DNA from: Candidatus Thorarchaeota archaeon
GTDB lineage: Archaea; Asgardarchaeota; Thorarchaeia; Thorarchaeales; Thorarchaeaceae
DNA length: 64,000 bases
Reading direction: 5' to 3'
Assembly: GCA_963726195.1 (NCBI GenBank)
Contig: CAVSBO010000003.1
Span: forward strand, 544,001 to 608,000
The notes beneath the pieces are model-generated. The model ran no database searches, had not been told where the DNA came from, and saw only the letters and a program-made list of their open reading frames with translations. Position 1 is the stretch's first letter; each line of letters opens with the position of its first letter. Made by a program: the position numbers and the translations under genes. Below, piece after piece: positions 11,063-21,547 of this stretch.

Positions 11063-12178
11063 CTACACAAGGCTCTCGATTGGTTTGTATGGTAAGTCAA
11101 AACCAAAGTGCTTCGGTCCAAGCACCTCAAGCCCTTTGGGCTCCCTGAAGACCGGAACACCCTTCATTCCAATCACTGTAACGTTACGTCCGTTGTCCAG
11201 ATCAGTATTCGTAATTGGTTCGCCAGTCTTTGAGTCAATGACCTCGATTATGTCGGGGCTGGTGACCCAAGGCTTGTCATCAAGCCAAGATACATGGTTT
11301 TCATTCTTGAAGAAGATTCTCATCTTGCTGCCGGGCTTCAGTCCGCTGCCCTTTATCGTGGTTTCGCCCCACATGTATCCTTCTCTGTTCTCCCACTTCT
11401 TGGCAATGACTTGGCCCTTGAACAGGATCCAGCCGCCCACGCTTTCCACTATTTTCGCTGCGGCATCATCACCGGACTGTTTGCTCTCCCGGATGATTTT
11501 TCCAACCTTGTAGCTCTTACTCAGAGTTCCTGGGATAATTGCGCGACGGAAATCAGATCCCTTCACGGGGAAAGCGACATTGCCCACGCGTCCCCAAGCC
11601 ACCTCGCTCAAGGCTTTCGATATGCGTTCGCCCATCTCATAGTTGATGATCTTCGTGATTATGCTCGTGTTGCCGTACCAATCAATCAGGGCCAAAGGAG
11701 CCATCGAGTAACCAAGCACACAGACAGTATTCTGACAAATCTCTGGGACTGCACGGCCAGAGTAGTCTCCGTCAACACAAGGCACGCCATGCTTTACAGC
11801 GGCGTCGATAGGTGCGGGCGTGTTGACTCCACCTAGTTCGAAAGGTGCCACAGCAGTGAACTTCACACCCATGTGCTTCTCAAGAATATCGAGCCCCTGT
11901 GCAAGCTCCTTCTCGAATGACGACCAAGGAAACCTCTTTCTAGTCTTCTCAATTTCGGGAGTGGGCGGTGCAATCGTGCCTGAGTAATAGGCGCATGCAA
12001 CCCAGTCATTGTCCTTTACCTTCGCCGTGTCGACAATCTCGATTTTCTTTCCCGCGTCGACGTGAGGATAAAGCATGTCCAGGCCGATTTGCCTTGTGCC
12101 TCCGCCGCCAGTGCCAAAGAATGAACATCCGGCGGTGAGATCTTCAACGTCAGTTCTTGATTTGAGTATCAACGCCAT
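11063..12178 (-). CDS. DUF917 family protein (paralog 1)
   Basis: FFGTGGGG, ELGGVN, VDGDYSGRAVPE, FKNEN, SPDII motifs. Confidence 0.9.
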   Translation of the reverse strand: MALILKSRTDVEDLTAGCSFFGTGGGGTRQIGLDMLYPHVDAGKKIEIVDTAKVKDNDWVACAYYSGTIAPPTPEIEKTRKRFPWSSFEKELAQGLDILEKHMGVKFTAVAPFELGGVNTPAPIDAAVKHGVPCVDGDYSGRAVPEICQNTVCVLGYSMAPLALIDWYGNTSIITKIINYEMGERISKALSEVAWGRVGNVAFPVKGSDFRRAIIPGTLSKSYKVGKIIRESKQSGDDAAAKIVESVGGWILFKGQVIAKKWENREGYMWGETTIKGSGLKPGSKMRIFFKNENHVSWLDDKPWVTSPDIIEVIDSKTGEPITNTDLDNGRNVTVIGMKGVPVFREPKGLEVLGPKHFGFDLPYKPIESLV

Positions 12179-12317
12179 GATTAAACACCTTTAAGCTGGT
12201 TGGATGAAGTTTAAACAGCGGCCTCTATATATTCTCGATGGAGGGTGTTGTGGAACCGGACGTTCAGGCTGATGGCGTCACGTCACTTGTTCACTGACTT
12301 CTGCAAATCACTTTCAA

Positions 12318-12348
12318 AAGAAGAAGGGGGAGTGCACAGGCACTTCCC
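12318..12348 (-). terminator. Hairpin + U-tract after metallophosphoesterase
   Basis: GGGAGTGC-ACAG-GCACTTCCC; the minus strand continues CTTCTTCTTTTG. Confidence 0.5.
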
Positions 12349-12362
12349 AGATTCAATTCTCC

Positions 12363-13322
12363 CTAGAGTTCAACACGACCGGCTGAAGCCTTTCCACCGT
12401 CGATGTTTATGATCATGCCCTTGAGAATTCCCTCTCTGTACTCGGAGCCAGGATTCACACAGAGGGTCCTTCCTATATTCCTGAAACCCACAGATTCATG
12501 GATGTGACCGAACATTCCAACAAGAGGCTGGTACTTCTCGATGCATGCTCGAACAGACTTGCTGCCGACAGGTCCTACAAGTTCCATTGCTCCTGCTTTC
12601 GTAACGGCCTGTTGCGTTGCTCCTGTTTTTGAGACAACGTTCCTGAGCGTAGGTGCAGTGTCCAATCCTGAGTCAAATGGTGGGTCATGAAAGTTGCACA
12701 AGAGGTTCGTATAGTCGCTGACTCGCGCGAATTCTTCCTCTAGTTTGCCCATCAACTGATCATCAGGACACTCCCTGTAGGTCGACCAAGGTGTCTTACT
12801 CACCCATTCCATGCTGATCAGGGGGTATCCGTGAACATCTACTACCCTCTTCAGCGGATATATGATTCTTGGATGATTCTTGATGACTTCATCAATTACG
12901 AAATCATCATCGTTGCCCGGGTTCACTATGATATCAACATTCTTCGAGATCTTCTCTGTGGCCATGTCAAGCCACTCAGCAATCCGTTCCCTCATCAGCT
13001 TCGCGAAGATCTCTTTTACCAAGCTCTCGCTCGCTCTCATCTCTGCGAGCTCATCAGGGGTAATGACGTATGGATAGAACCCTTCGTCCTTCGTAAACTT
13101 GACGAAGTGGTCCAAATCGCTCTGTTTCTTGAAGGTCTTCTTGCTCCCGTAAGGAGTCGCATACCACTGGCCTTCCTTCTCCTTGATAATCGGCAGTATG
13201 GCCTTGCCCGTCAGGTCGCCGCACATCATTGCCACGTCAGCCTTGAAGACATCGGGGGCTCTACACATACCTTCCCACGTCTTTTGGCTTCCGTGAGCGT
13301 CTGCTGCTAGGAAGATTCTCAA
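12363..13322 (-). CDS. Calcineurin-like metallophosphoesterase (Icc-related)
   Basis: DAHG, CGDLTGK, PGNDD, FHDPP, GHIHES, NPGS motifs. Confidence 0.9.
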   Translation of the reverse strand: MRIFLAADAHGSQKTWEGMCRAPDVFKADVAMMCGDLTGKAILPIIKEKEGQWYATPYGSKKTFKKQSDLDHFVKFTKDEGFYPYVITPDELAEMRASESLVKEIFAKLMRERIAEWLDMATEKISKNVDIIVNPGNDDDFVIDEVIKNHPRIIYPLKRVVDVHGYPLISMEWVSKTPWSTYRECPDDQLMGKLEEEFARVSDYTNLLCNFHDPPFDSGLDTAPTLRNVVSKTGATQQAVTKAGAMELVGPVGSKSVRACIEKYQPLVGMFGHIHESVGFRNIGRTLCVNPGSEYREGILKGMIINIDGGKASAGRVEL

Positions 13323-13618
13323 TCATACTTCACCTGTTTGTTATGCGCCATCTGTTCATGAACGCGTTAAGCTCTTGCGCCTGACGGGGTTTAAGAGCTT
13401 GGCGGTGTAGCTTAAGATGGCAGGGCGAGATGTTGACACCGTGGGTTCCGTAGCAATCCTTGAAGACAGCCCGACTCACAAGTCCCCGTTGCGGAGCCTC
13501 AAAACTCGCCCTACCTCCCTTCTCTGCGTGTCGCAGTATTGACCTAAAGATATTAAAGACATATTCGACACGCGGCGATAAAGTCCTTTGTGACAGTTGA
13601 CATAGGTGAGGAACCCGA

Positions 13619-14440
13619 ATGCCGGGAAAATACGGTGAAATAATCGATGACCTCGTGCAGGAAGCCCTAAGGATACATGACGCGGCTGAGCAGATTGGCT
13701 TGCCACTTCGAATTATGGGATGTATTGCTTATCGAATCAAGTCGCCACAATATGTTCAGTTGCATGAGGCAATGGGCCGAGAGATTACGGACATTGATTT
13801 TATCGGCTACTACAAGAATCAGCACAAGATAATCAATCTCTTCCGAGACGACTTGGGATATCAGTACGTAATGCCGGGATTCATCCGGGCCACAATGATG
13901 CGCGAACTGTTCACCAATCCCAAGACAGGCGGCCATGTAGACGTATTCTACGATGTGCTTGATTTCTGCCATAAAATCGAATTCAAGAAGTCTGACCGTC
14001 TGTCCAAGGATAATCCCACCATAACACTCGGCGACCTCTTCTTAGAGAAAACCCAGATAGTTGAGATCAATGCGAAGGACCTCAAGGACTTGGTAATCTT
14101 GTTCCTCGCGAATGACATCAGCGATACCGATGATGATACAAAGATCAACGGTTCGTATATTACTAACATAATGAGTGATGATTGGGGATTCTACTACACT
14201 TGTACAACAAACCTCAAGAAACTGCTCGACTTCGTGCCCACCGTTAATGTACTATCCCAAGCGCAAAGACAGTTGGTCGTGTCACGCTCTCAGAAGCTTC
14301 TAGACATGATTGAAGCTGTTCCAAAGACTGGCGCTTGGAAGAGAAGAGCAACAGTTGGCACTTCCAAACGTTGGTACCAAGTGGTGCACGACATTGGCGG
14401 TAGGATCGACTCAGAGAGCAAGACAATGAAAGGCCATTGA
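13619..14440 (+). CDS. Putative nucleotidyltransferase-fold protein
   Basis: IMGCIAY...REITDIDF (hG.xA...TxDxD), VDVF, KDLKDL. Confidence 0.65.
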   Translation: MPGKYGEIIDDLVQEALRIHDAAEQIGLPLRIMGCIAYRIKSPQYVQLHEAMGREITDIDFIGYYKNQHKIINLFRDDLGYQYVMPGFIRATMMRELFTNPKTGGHVDVFYDVLDFCHKIEFKKSDRLSKDNPTITLGDLFLEKTQIVEINAKDLKDLVILFLANDISDTDDDTKINGSYITNIMSDDWGFYYTCTTNLKKLLDFVPTVNVLSQAQRQLVVSRSQKLLDMIEAVPKTGAWKRRATVGTSKRWYQVVHDIGGRIDSESKTMKGH

Positions 14441-14451
14441 GAGAGACGACT

Positions 14452-15570
14452 ATGAAGCTTACAAAACAAAACGCATATGACATGCTCACCGGCGTAGGCA
14501 TACTGGGCACTGGCGGGGGTGGCGACCCCGTCGGATTCGGGAAGCCACTAGTGGATTGGGACTACAACAAAGGCAGGGTCTACGAAATAACGGATCCTAA
14601 GGACATCAGAGATGATGCCTTCATTGTTTGCGGTGGATACATGGGGTCCGTGAAGGCCTTCACATCCGTAGGCGACATGCTGGAGAAGTGGGAGAAGCGA
14701 TTCGAGCTCTTTGAAGTCACGAAGATAACCGAGAAACTGACCGGCAAGAAGGTCAATCACGTTGTGCCCTTCGAACTCGGCGGCCTCAACACAACTGTTA
14801 TGCTCTCGCTGGCAGCCCGAGCCAAGATCACCTCGGTGGATGGTGATGGTCTTGGAAGGTCCGCTCCCGAGACACAAATGATCTCGTTCGTCGGTTATGG
14901 TATCTCTCTTTGTCCCATGCCAGTCGTGACAAAGGGCGGAAGCGTCGTAATAGTGCAAGAAGCCAGCATACCTGCTCTTGCAGATGAGATTGGCCGTTTT
15001 GCCGTTGTACAAGACGGAGGCGCTGGTGCGAACAATCATTACTACCAGTCGGGCGCACAGCTCAAGAAGAGCGTCGTGGCAAACAGCATCTCAAAATCGA
15101 TCCGACTGGGAGAAGCTATTCGCGATGCTAATACAAACCGCAAGAACCCCATCGACGCCTTCCTAGATATAATGGGCGGTCGCGTCCTAACAACAGGCAC
15201 GATTAAGGAAGTGAAAGGTGAAGATCGTGCTGGACACTTGCATGAGCTCGTTACTATCAAGCCTGAGGACATCAAGGGCAAGTTCCAGATTGTGGTGAAG
15301 AACGAGTACATGATGGCCATGTGCGATGATAAGCCAGTCGTCATGTTCCCGGACTTGGTTTGCATGCACGACCCTAAGACGGGCCACGGCATAATGAGTT
15401 CCGACCTTAAGGAAGGGCTCAGAGTCACGGTTACTGCTCTGCCTGCACCTGAGAGAGTTCGTTACGCTGGAAACACCGAAATCGGGCGCAAAGCCTTTGG
15501 TCCGGAGAGATATGCTCATCCAGAGCTTCAGTACAAGCCAATGGAAGAGATAATCAAGAACCTTCACTAG
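14452..15570 (+). CDS. DUF917 family protein (paralog 2)
   Basis: ILGTGGGG, ELGGLN, VDGDGLGRSAPE, KNEY, FPDL. Confidence 0.9.
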   Translation: MKLTKQNAYDMLTGVGILGTGGGGDPVGFGKPLVDWDYNKGRVYEITDPKDIRDDAFIVCGGYMGSVKAFTSVGDMLEKWEKRFELFEVTKITEKLTGKKVNHVVPFELGGLNTTVMLSLAARAKITSVDGDGLGRSAPETQMISFVGYGISLCPMPVVTKGGSVVIVQEASIPALADEIGRFAVVQDGGAGANNHYYQSGAQLKKSVVANSISKSIRLGEAIRDANTNRKNPIDAFLDIMGGRVLTTGTIKEVKGEDRAGHLHELVTIKPEDIKGKFQIVVKNEYMMAMCDDKPVVMFPDLVCMHDPKTGHGIMSSDLKEGLRVTVTALPAPERVRYAGNTEIGRKAFGPERYAHPELQYKPMEEIIKNLH

Positions 15571-15626
15571 GAATAGCTTGGCGAAAACCAGAAGGGTACC
15601 TTCGATTCGGCGGCTACGGTGAGTGA

Positions 15627-16397
15627 TTGAACTTGAAACGAATTGCTCTCATTGGTGTGACTGGCATCGACTGGTGGGTTGACCCTAAGAAGAAGAACTT
15701 CGTCCGTGCGGTCACCCCTCCAGGCTTTGTCATTGAGAATCTTCATGCCAGATATGGGACTCACAGTGTTGAGTCGCACTCTGATGAGGCCTACAATGCT
15801 CCTTTCATACTGGAACAGGTCGTCAAGGCGAACAAGGATGGTATGGATGTCATCGTGATTGACTGCGCCTGCGATCCAGTCTTGGAGGCAGCGAGAGAGG
15901 TCTCCAGTATACCTGTCGTTGGTGTAAGGAACACTGCTCTTCATCTGGCTCTCACACTTGGAACCAAGTTCGGAGTGATTACTGTCCAAGGGCAATCATT
16001 AGTCAGGTGCATGGAATGGGGGGTTCGCAAGGAGGGCCTAGAGAGCTTCTGCACAGGTGTCAGATGTCTAAGAATGCCAGTTCTTGAGATCGCCAAGAGG
16101 CCTGATGAAGCCCAGAGAGAACTCCTAGAGGAATGCCGAAAGGCTGTTTCGGAGGATGGAGCCGACGTGATCGTGCTGGGATGCACGGGACTTTCACACG
16201 AGATTGACCTCAAGCCGATAATGAATGAAATGGGTGTGCCCGTAATCGATCCTTTTGTTGTGGCCGTGAGAACTGCTGCCATGCTCGTAGACGCGGGTCT
16301 CAGTCACAGCAAGGTGGCCTATCCATTTCCACCTAAGAAACCAATTGTCGAAGACCCGAGCATCAAGGGAGCATTCGACAAAGTGCTCAAGGACTGA
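15627..16397 (+). CDS. Asp/Glu/hydantoin racemase family protein
   Basis: IDCACDP and VLGCTG two-cysteine catalytic motifs; GVPVIDP. Confidence 0.9.
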   Translation: MNLKRIALIGVTGIDWWVDPKKKNFVRAVTPPGFVIENLHARYGTHSVESHSDEAYNAPFILEQVVKANKDGMDVIVIDCACDPVLEAAREVSSIPVVGVRNTALHLALTLGTKFGVITVQGQSLVRCMEWGVRKEGLESFCTGVRCLRMPVLEIAKRPDEAQRELLEECRKAVSEDGADVIVLGCTGLSHEIDLKPIMNEMGVPVIDPFVVAVRTAAMLVDAGLSHSKVAYPFPPKKPIVEDPSIKGAFDKVLKD

Positions 16398-16414
16398 ATC
16401 ACAGGCCAAGGGAC

Positions 16415-17665
16415 CTATTGTCTTCTTGAAGCTCTGAGCGCAGCTGCAACTAGAATGACAGTAATGATGCCGTATATCAGTGAAAGCCGGTATGGGAGCG
16501 TGAAACCAAACCCGGCAACCCAGCCGCCAGCCATGGGCCCTGCAAAGAAACCTACTCCTGCGAGACTCTCAACAATCCCGGCATGTGCGCCTTTCTCCTC
16601 ATCGCTCGCGGAGACCACGATGTAGAGAGCGCCCAAATAGCTGAAACCTGCTCCTATGCCGCAGAGCACCATCGCAATCATGAGAGATGTCAAGTCCGTC
16701 AAGAACGAAATCGGGAACATCGACGCTGTGATGAAAACAGTTCCTGCTATGATCGCACGGCCCATCCATTTGTGTGGAAACTTGGAACAGGCTAGAAACG
16801 CAAGGGTCCTGGTCACATTCCAAACAACGAGGAGGTTGCCAAAGGTCTGGGGACCATATCCCGGAAGCCCCTGAATGTATGTTGGAAACAGCGAGAGTAT
16901 CACCGTGGAGACGAATCCAAACAGGGCAAGAGAGAGATAGCTCGCGACGAAACGAGTGCTCGTTCTCAGACTCCTGTGCCCTCCTATATTACCCGAATCC
17001 GGACCGGAATCCAACCGCGATTCGGATTTCGCGGCCGTCACAGGGGTAGTCTTTGTCAGCCGATAGTCTTTCACGGCGAAGCCTATCAAACCCAAAGTAA
17101 CGATCTCGATTGCCAGAGCGACGTAGATGCTTGTTACGCTACCGAAGTTGGTAGCCATGTAGGCAAGGACGAATGGACTCATAATCATCCCGGCACTCCA
17201 CGAAGTGGAGAAGTTGCCAAGCACAGCTGCTTGACTTCCGGGACACAGCTCAGCTACCATTGCTTCTACTGTCGGATTGAACAGCCCAAAGAACAGACCC
17301 TCCAACGCTCGTATTAGAATCAAATGCAGGGGAATGATGAAAGGCTGCGGGTAGAGCAACAGCAGACAAATGTACGCGCCAGTCGCAATCATTAGGGACT
17401 TCTTTCTCCCGATTCGGTCGGAAATCTTGCCGCCTATTGCAGGAGAGAACATGTACACAATCCCGAAGGAGCCCATTGCCAAACCCATTTCAAAAGGTGT
17501 GGCCCCCAGTTTCCCAGCGTACCAAGAAGCGAAAATCTCTGTTATCCCAAGTGAGAACGTGGACAGGAAGGTCGCTGAGTATGCTACTATTCTGACATGT
17601 CTCTTCCGTGGTTCTGAGAGACACTCAGCCAATGTCCGGCCTTCAGTCTGTGTTCCTGCTGTCAT
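16415..17665 (-). CDS. MFS transporter
   Basis: GKISDRIGRK motif A; 12 TM pattern. Confidence 0.9.
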   Translation of the reverse strand: MTAGTQTEGRTLAECLSEPRKRHVRIVAYSATFLSTFSLGITEIFASWYAGKLGATPFEMGLAMGSFGIVYMFSPAIGGKISDRIGRKKSLMIATGAYICLLLLYPQPFIIPLHLILIRALEGLFFGLFNPTVEAMVAELCPGSQAAVLGNFSTSWSAGMIMSPFVLAYMATNFGSVTSIYVALAIEIVTLGLIGFAVKDYRLTKTTPVTAAKSESRLDSGPDSGNIGGHRSLRTSTRFVASYLSLALFGFVSTVILSLFPTYIQGLPGYGPQTFGNLLVVWNVTRTLAFLACSKFPHKWMGRAIIAGTVFITASMFPISFLTDLTSLMIAMVLCGIGAGFSYLGALYIVVSASDEEKGAHAGIVESLAGVGFFAGPMAGGWVAGFGFTLPYRLSLIYGIITVILVAAALRASRRQ

Positions 17666-17714
17666 TTGCGGTCACCCTATCTCAGAGGCATCGCTATGTG
17701 AGGGAGTGAGTTGT

Positions 17715-18722
17715 TTACCGAAGGTGAGGAATCACGTTTTTGGACAGGACCTTCATGGTCTGCTGCAAATCAACGCCAGGCATTGGAAAGAGAACAGGCG
17801 TATTCGCTCCTGCGTCTATGAATTGCCTGAGGTACTTGATGCACGATTCAGCATCACCAACGACTCCCAATGTCTGCACCATTTTGTCTGTAATCATGCT
17901 CGCCACATCTCCTCCTTCAGTGGCCGCTTTCATCATGGCTTTGGTAAGATCAGCTGGGACACCAGCATGCTCCATGAGGGGTCCACCAGGTTGAGAGTGT
18001 GGCAGATAGAGTTTCATTAGGTTCCGGGCAAGTCTTATCGCTTTGTCAACATCATCATCAATTGCCATGGGAATGTAGGAAACCATCTCGAAGCTATCGA
18101 GATTCTTGCCAGCCTTCTTAGCACCCTCCTTCACCCGATCCCACGCGAATTTGATGTATGATGGCGTGTTGAATATCGATAGGATGGCACCATCACCAAT
18201 TTCGCCTGCAAGCTCGAGGCCCATCTTACCCTCGAAAGCCAGATAGATTGGAATGGACTTGCGTACTGGATCGAAAATCAGCTTGACGTCTTTGGTCTTG
18301 AAGAACTCTCCTTCATGCGTGACATTCTGACCAGTCATGATCTTGCGAACGAGTTCGATGCATTCCCTAGTTCGTGACAAGGGTTTGTCAACGGTGTATC
18401 CCATCTGTGACATCCAGTAGGGAACACCTGCGCCGAGACCGAATACTAATCGCTTGTTCGCCATCTCATCAAGCGCTCCAAACTCCATTGCAATTAGCGC
18501 AGGATGACGGGAGTAAGGATTGATCACTCCTAGTCCTATTCTGATACGCTCTGTTGCCATGCTAGCCGCTGCAATGTAGGGTATTCCGCCCCTGAAGAAG
18601 TAGTCCTCAGCGAACCATGCAGAACCGAGTCCAGCCTTCTCAGCGCCTTTTGCTAACGTGACAGCTTCTTTGACAGGAAACACACCTGTCATTGCGACAC
18701 CAAATTCCTTGAATCCTTTCAT
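17715..18722 (-). CDS. LLM-class flavin/F420-dependent oxidoreductase (Mer-like)
   Basis: AEKAGLGSAWFAED, GVINPYSRHP, LGAG, PIYLA..G..LELAGEIGDG. Confidence 0.9.
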   Translation of the reverse strand: MKGFKEFGVAMTGVFPVKEAVTLAKGAEKAGLGSAWFAEDYFFRGGIPYIAAASMATERIRIGLGVINPYSRHPALIAMEFGALDEMANKRLVFGLGAGVPYWMSQMGYTVDKPLSRTRECIELVRKIMTGQNVTHEGEFFKTKDVKLIFDPVRKSIPIYLAFEGKMGLELAGEIGDGAILSIFNTPSYIKFAWDRVKEGAKKAGKNLDSFEMVSYIPMAIDDDVDKAIRLARNLMKLYLPHSQPGGPLMEHAGVPADLTKAMMKAATEGGDVASMITDKMVQTLGVVGDAESCIKYLRQFIDAGANTPVLFPMPGVDLQQTMKVLSKNVIPHLR

Positions 18723-18824
18723 GTCAGAAACACACCAACCGCGATTTGTAGCCTGAATAAATGAGTTACTAAACGACACAAATGCTCGCTTTGAACAAAA
18801 GAGAAGAGGAGGGAAGTAATCCCT

Positions 18825-20751
18825 CTACTTCTTTGGTAGCTTGCCCATCTTACCGAGATAGTCCGCTACGTCTTTCAGTTGGAGCTTCTCCAGAGTCTCT
18901 CTGTATGGCCAGCTCGTCTTCAGGTCCCACTCATGAAGAGTATAGTACCTGTCCAGCATGCCATCAAGCTCAGCACGGGAGTTCATCGCACCCTTTAGAG
19001 GACCCGAGGCTGCCCCCTCGTTCATGAGACGCCAAGGCAGATCATCATGCTGTCGGGTTGCGCCTCTTGTTATATTGAAGGCCTTTTCAAGATTAACGAC
19101 CCTGCGACCTGTTAGCATAATGTCTTTCTCAGTCATAGGTATTCCCGTGGCTGCCTCGTAGAGCCGAGCCATGTTGTCCGGGTTCACACCGAATGCCGCC
19201 GTCGATGTGAATACACAGAACCCGAGAGCCTCTGTGATCTCGTAGCAGTCTTCGTGCCAACGCACAATCTCTGCTCTATATTCGGTGAAGTGAGGAGATG
19301 CCCACTTCTTATCACCCGTCACCTTCTCGATCAGTGCCACGGCTTCAGGACTTGAACCGAATTCAGCGAAGGTCTCCGTCATCAAGTGATCATTTCCTCG
19401 CGGGTTGACAGCGAATGCAAGAGCGTATGCTTTTGCGGAACGTGTCTCAACGTTCGACTGCTCAAGACCTTTCGAGTTCATGATGGCCCACTTGTATGAA
19501 TCTTTGCCGACCTTCTTCGTCGCAATCTTGAGACCATCAGCGAGCAGATTTCCAAGCTTTCCCTTGCGGAGTGCCAGTGCCTCAAGCATCTTCAGGAGTT
19601 CAGGTAGTTTTCCCCAACCCAGCTCAAGACCGTCGGTATCCGCCTTTGTAAGAACACCTCGCTCGTATGATTCTATGGCCCACTGGCATACCCCACCAGC
19701 CGTAATCGTGTCGAGACCTAGGCGGTTGCAGATCTCATTTGCGAGTATCACACCCTCAGTATCGACAACACACGGACCGTTTCCCAAAGCCCCGAAAGTC
19801 TCGTACTCTGGGCCACCACTCGCTATGCCGGCGTGAGGACCTTTCTCAATGGCTGAATATCGGTGGCAGCCAATCGTACATCCAAAACACGCAACCCTCC
19901 TCTTGAGGTACCCCTTCTCTACGAGTGCTTGACCTGTGATTGGGTATACACTCGGAGTGTAGCCTGTTTGCCAGTTTTTGCCTGGAAGAGCATGAAGCTC
20001 GTTCACTGCTGCTACAGAAGCCGAGGTTCCAAAGTCGTGAAGCCCGATTGACCCGCTATCCTTGCGGAGAGAATCCCTCATCTCTTTCGCAACTGCCCGC
20101 GAACTTCTTGGGATCCTTCACCCTAACTGCCTTAGTTCCCTTGACGGATATGGCCTTCAAGTTCTTCTTTGCCATTACCGCGGCGCCTCCACCCCGGCCA
20201 GCAGCATGATACACTGAACACTGAATTGAACCAGCGCGCACAAGCTTCTCACCTGCAGGGCCGATATAGAGACCCCTCGAGTCGTCACCGTGCTTCTTCT
20301 TGAGCAAGAGATCGGTCTGAATCATGTCCTTGCCCCACAAGTCCTTAGCATCAAGAATGTCCACGTGGTCATCCTCGATGTAAATGTAGGAGGGCTTGGG
20401 AGCGACCCCGTGCACTACCAAGTGATCGTAGCCAGCAAACTTCAACTCTGCTCCCCAGTGACCACCGGTGTTAGTCTTGAGATACATCCCGGTTGTGCAT
20501 CCAACCGTTGTGACCGAAGTTCGACCAGAGGCTGGAGCAGTTGTGCCAGTCAACGCACCTGGAGCGTATATTATCACGTTCTTCGGATCATCCCATGTTA
20601 TGGTTGGATCCTTGCAGTAGTCCCACAGGATTTTAGCGTTGATTCCTCTGCTGCCAATGTACAACTTCCGCCATTCTTCTGGCAGCTCTTGATTCCAAAT
20701 CTTGTTGGTGCTCAAATCAACATGCAGTATCTTACCCTGATGTGCATACAT
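18825..20751 (-). CDS. aor: Tungsten/molybdopterin aldehyde:ferredoxin oxidoreductase (frameshift ~20098)
   Basis: KILHVDLS, GGHWGAELKFAGYD, AAGRGG, CFGCTIGC, GPEYET, LGLDTI. ORFs 20056..20751 and 18825..20081 join on removing one base. Confidence 0.92.
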
Positions 20752-20754
20752 TTC

Positions 20755-21222
20755 TCAAGCAGCCTCCTTCGTGAGCTCACGGTACATAGACATTCTTGCA
20801 GTTCGCATCTTCTTCTTTTCCTTGAGACTCGCATCGGTCTGATCCACCCATTGCAGTGCACCTGGCACGCAATGATCGACGCAGTAGGGGTTGCCCGCAC
20901 ATAAATCGCAGACCAACGGATACTTGGCTTCCGGATGAAGCCGGATTCCATGATAGGGACAAGCAGGAACACAATCGCCGCACCCGTTGCATGCTTTCCT
21001 GTCAACCAGAATCACTCCTGACTTCTTGTCTTTTGAGAGAGCCTTTGTAGGACAGGATTCAATGCACGGATGTGGCTCGCACTGCTCGCACAATAACTGG
21101 ATTCCAAGAGCAATGTCCTCTCGTTTCATAATCTTCAGTCGTCCACGATGTGTGTCGAACAGTTCTTCCTTCGTGAGAGAACAAGCGATAGTACATTGCT
21201 TGCATCCTGTGCACTTCTCCAT
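20755..21222 (-). CDS. 4Fe-4S dicluster protein (AOR partner subunit)
   Basis: Four CxxCxxCxxxC-type motifs. Frame stays open to ~21312, so the start may be upstream. Confidence 0.88.
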   Translation of the reverse strand: MEKCTGCKQCTIACSLTKEELFDTHRGRLKIMKREDIALGIQLLCEQCEPHPCIESCPTKALSKDKKSGVILVDRKACNGCGDCVPACPYHGIRLHPEAKYPLVCDLCAGNPYCVDHCVPGALQWVDQTDASLKEKKKMRTARMSMYRELTKEAA

Positions 21223-21547
21223 GTCTACAAGCAGAATCCTAGCAGGGGATGGGCCCGCCTTGCTTGTACTAGGTGCAGCAGGTTGTGGCTTGCCTTTCTG
21301 TGAGTACGTTTTCTAGACTGCCTCCTTCATTCGGACAGATTGTTAAAGTTGGGAGTGGGCTATCAGCCCTCCATTTTAACTCTACTCTCTGCGTTATGTT
21401 CTGCGCTGCATGTCGGTGGTTCTGGGAAAGGATTCATAACCAGCTGGGGCCAAAAGTGGCCGGTAGGCACTAGGTAAATTCCTCTTCCACTCTGCGGCTG
21501 TGGGAAAAGCCCTGACGCAGGCAACTATGACTTAATCTTGTTAAAGA

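Noticed and set aside
21320-21540. Moco/Wco riboswitch or tRNA upstream of the AOR operon
   Set aside because: No recognisable consensus or cloverleaf; only short stems.
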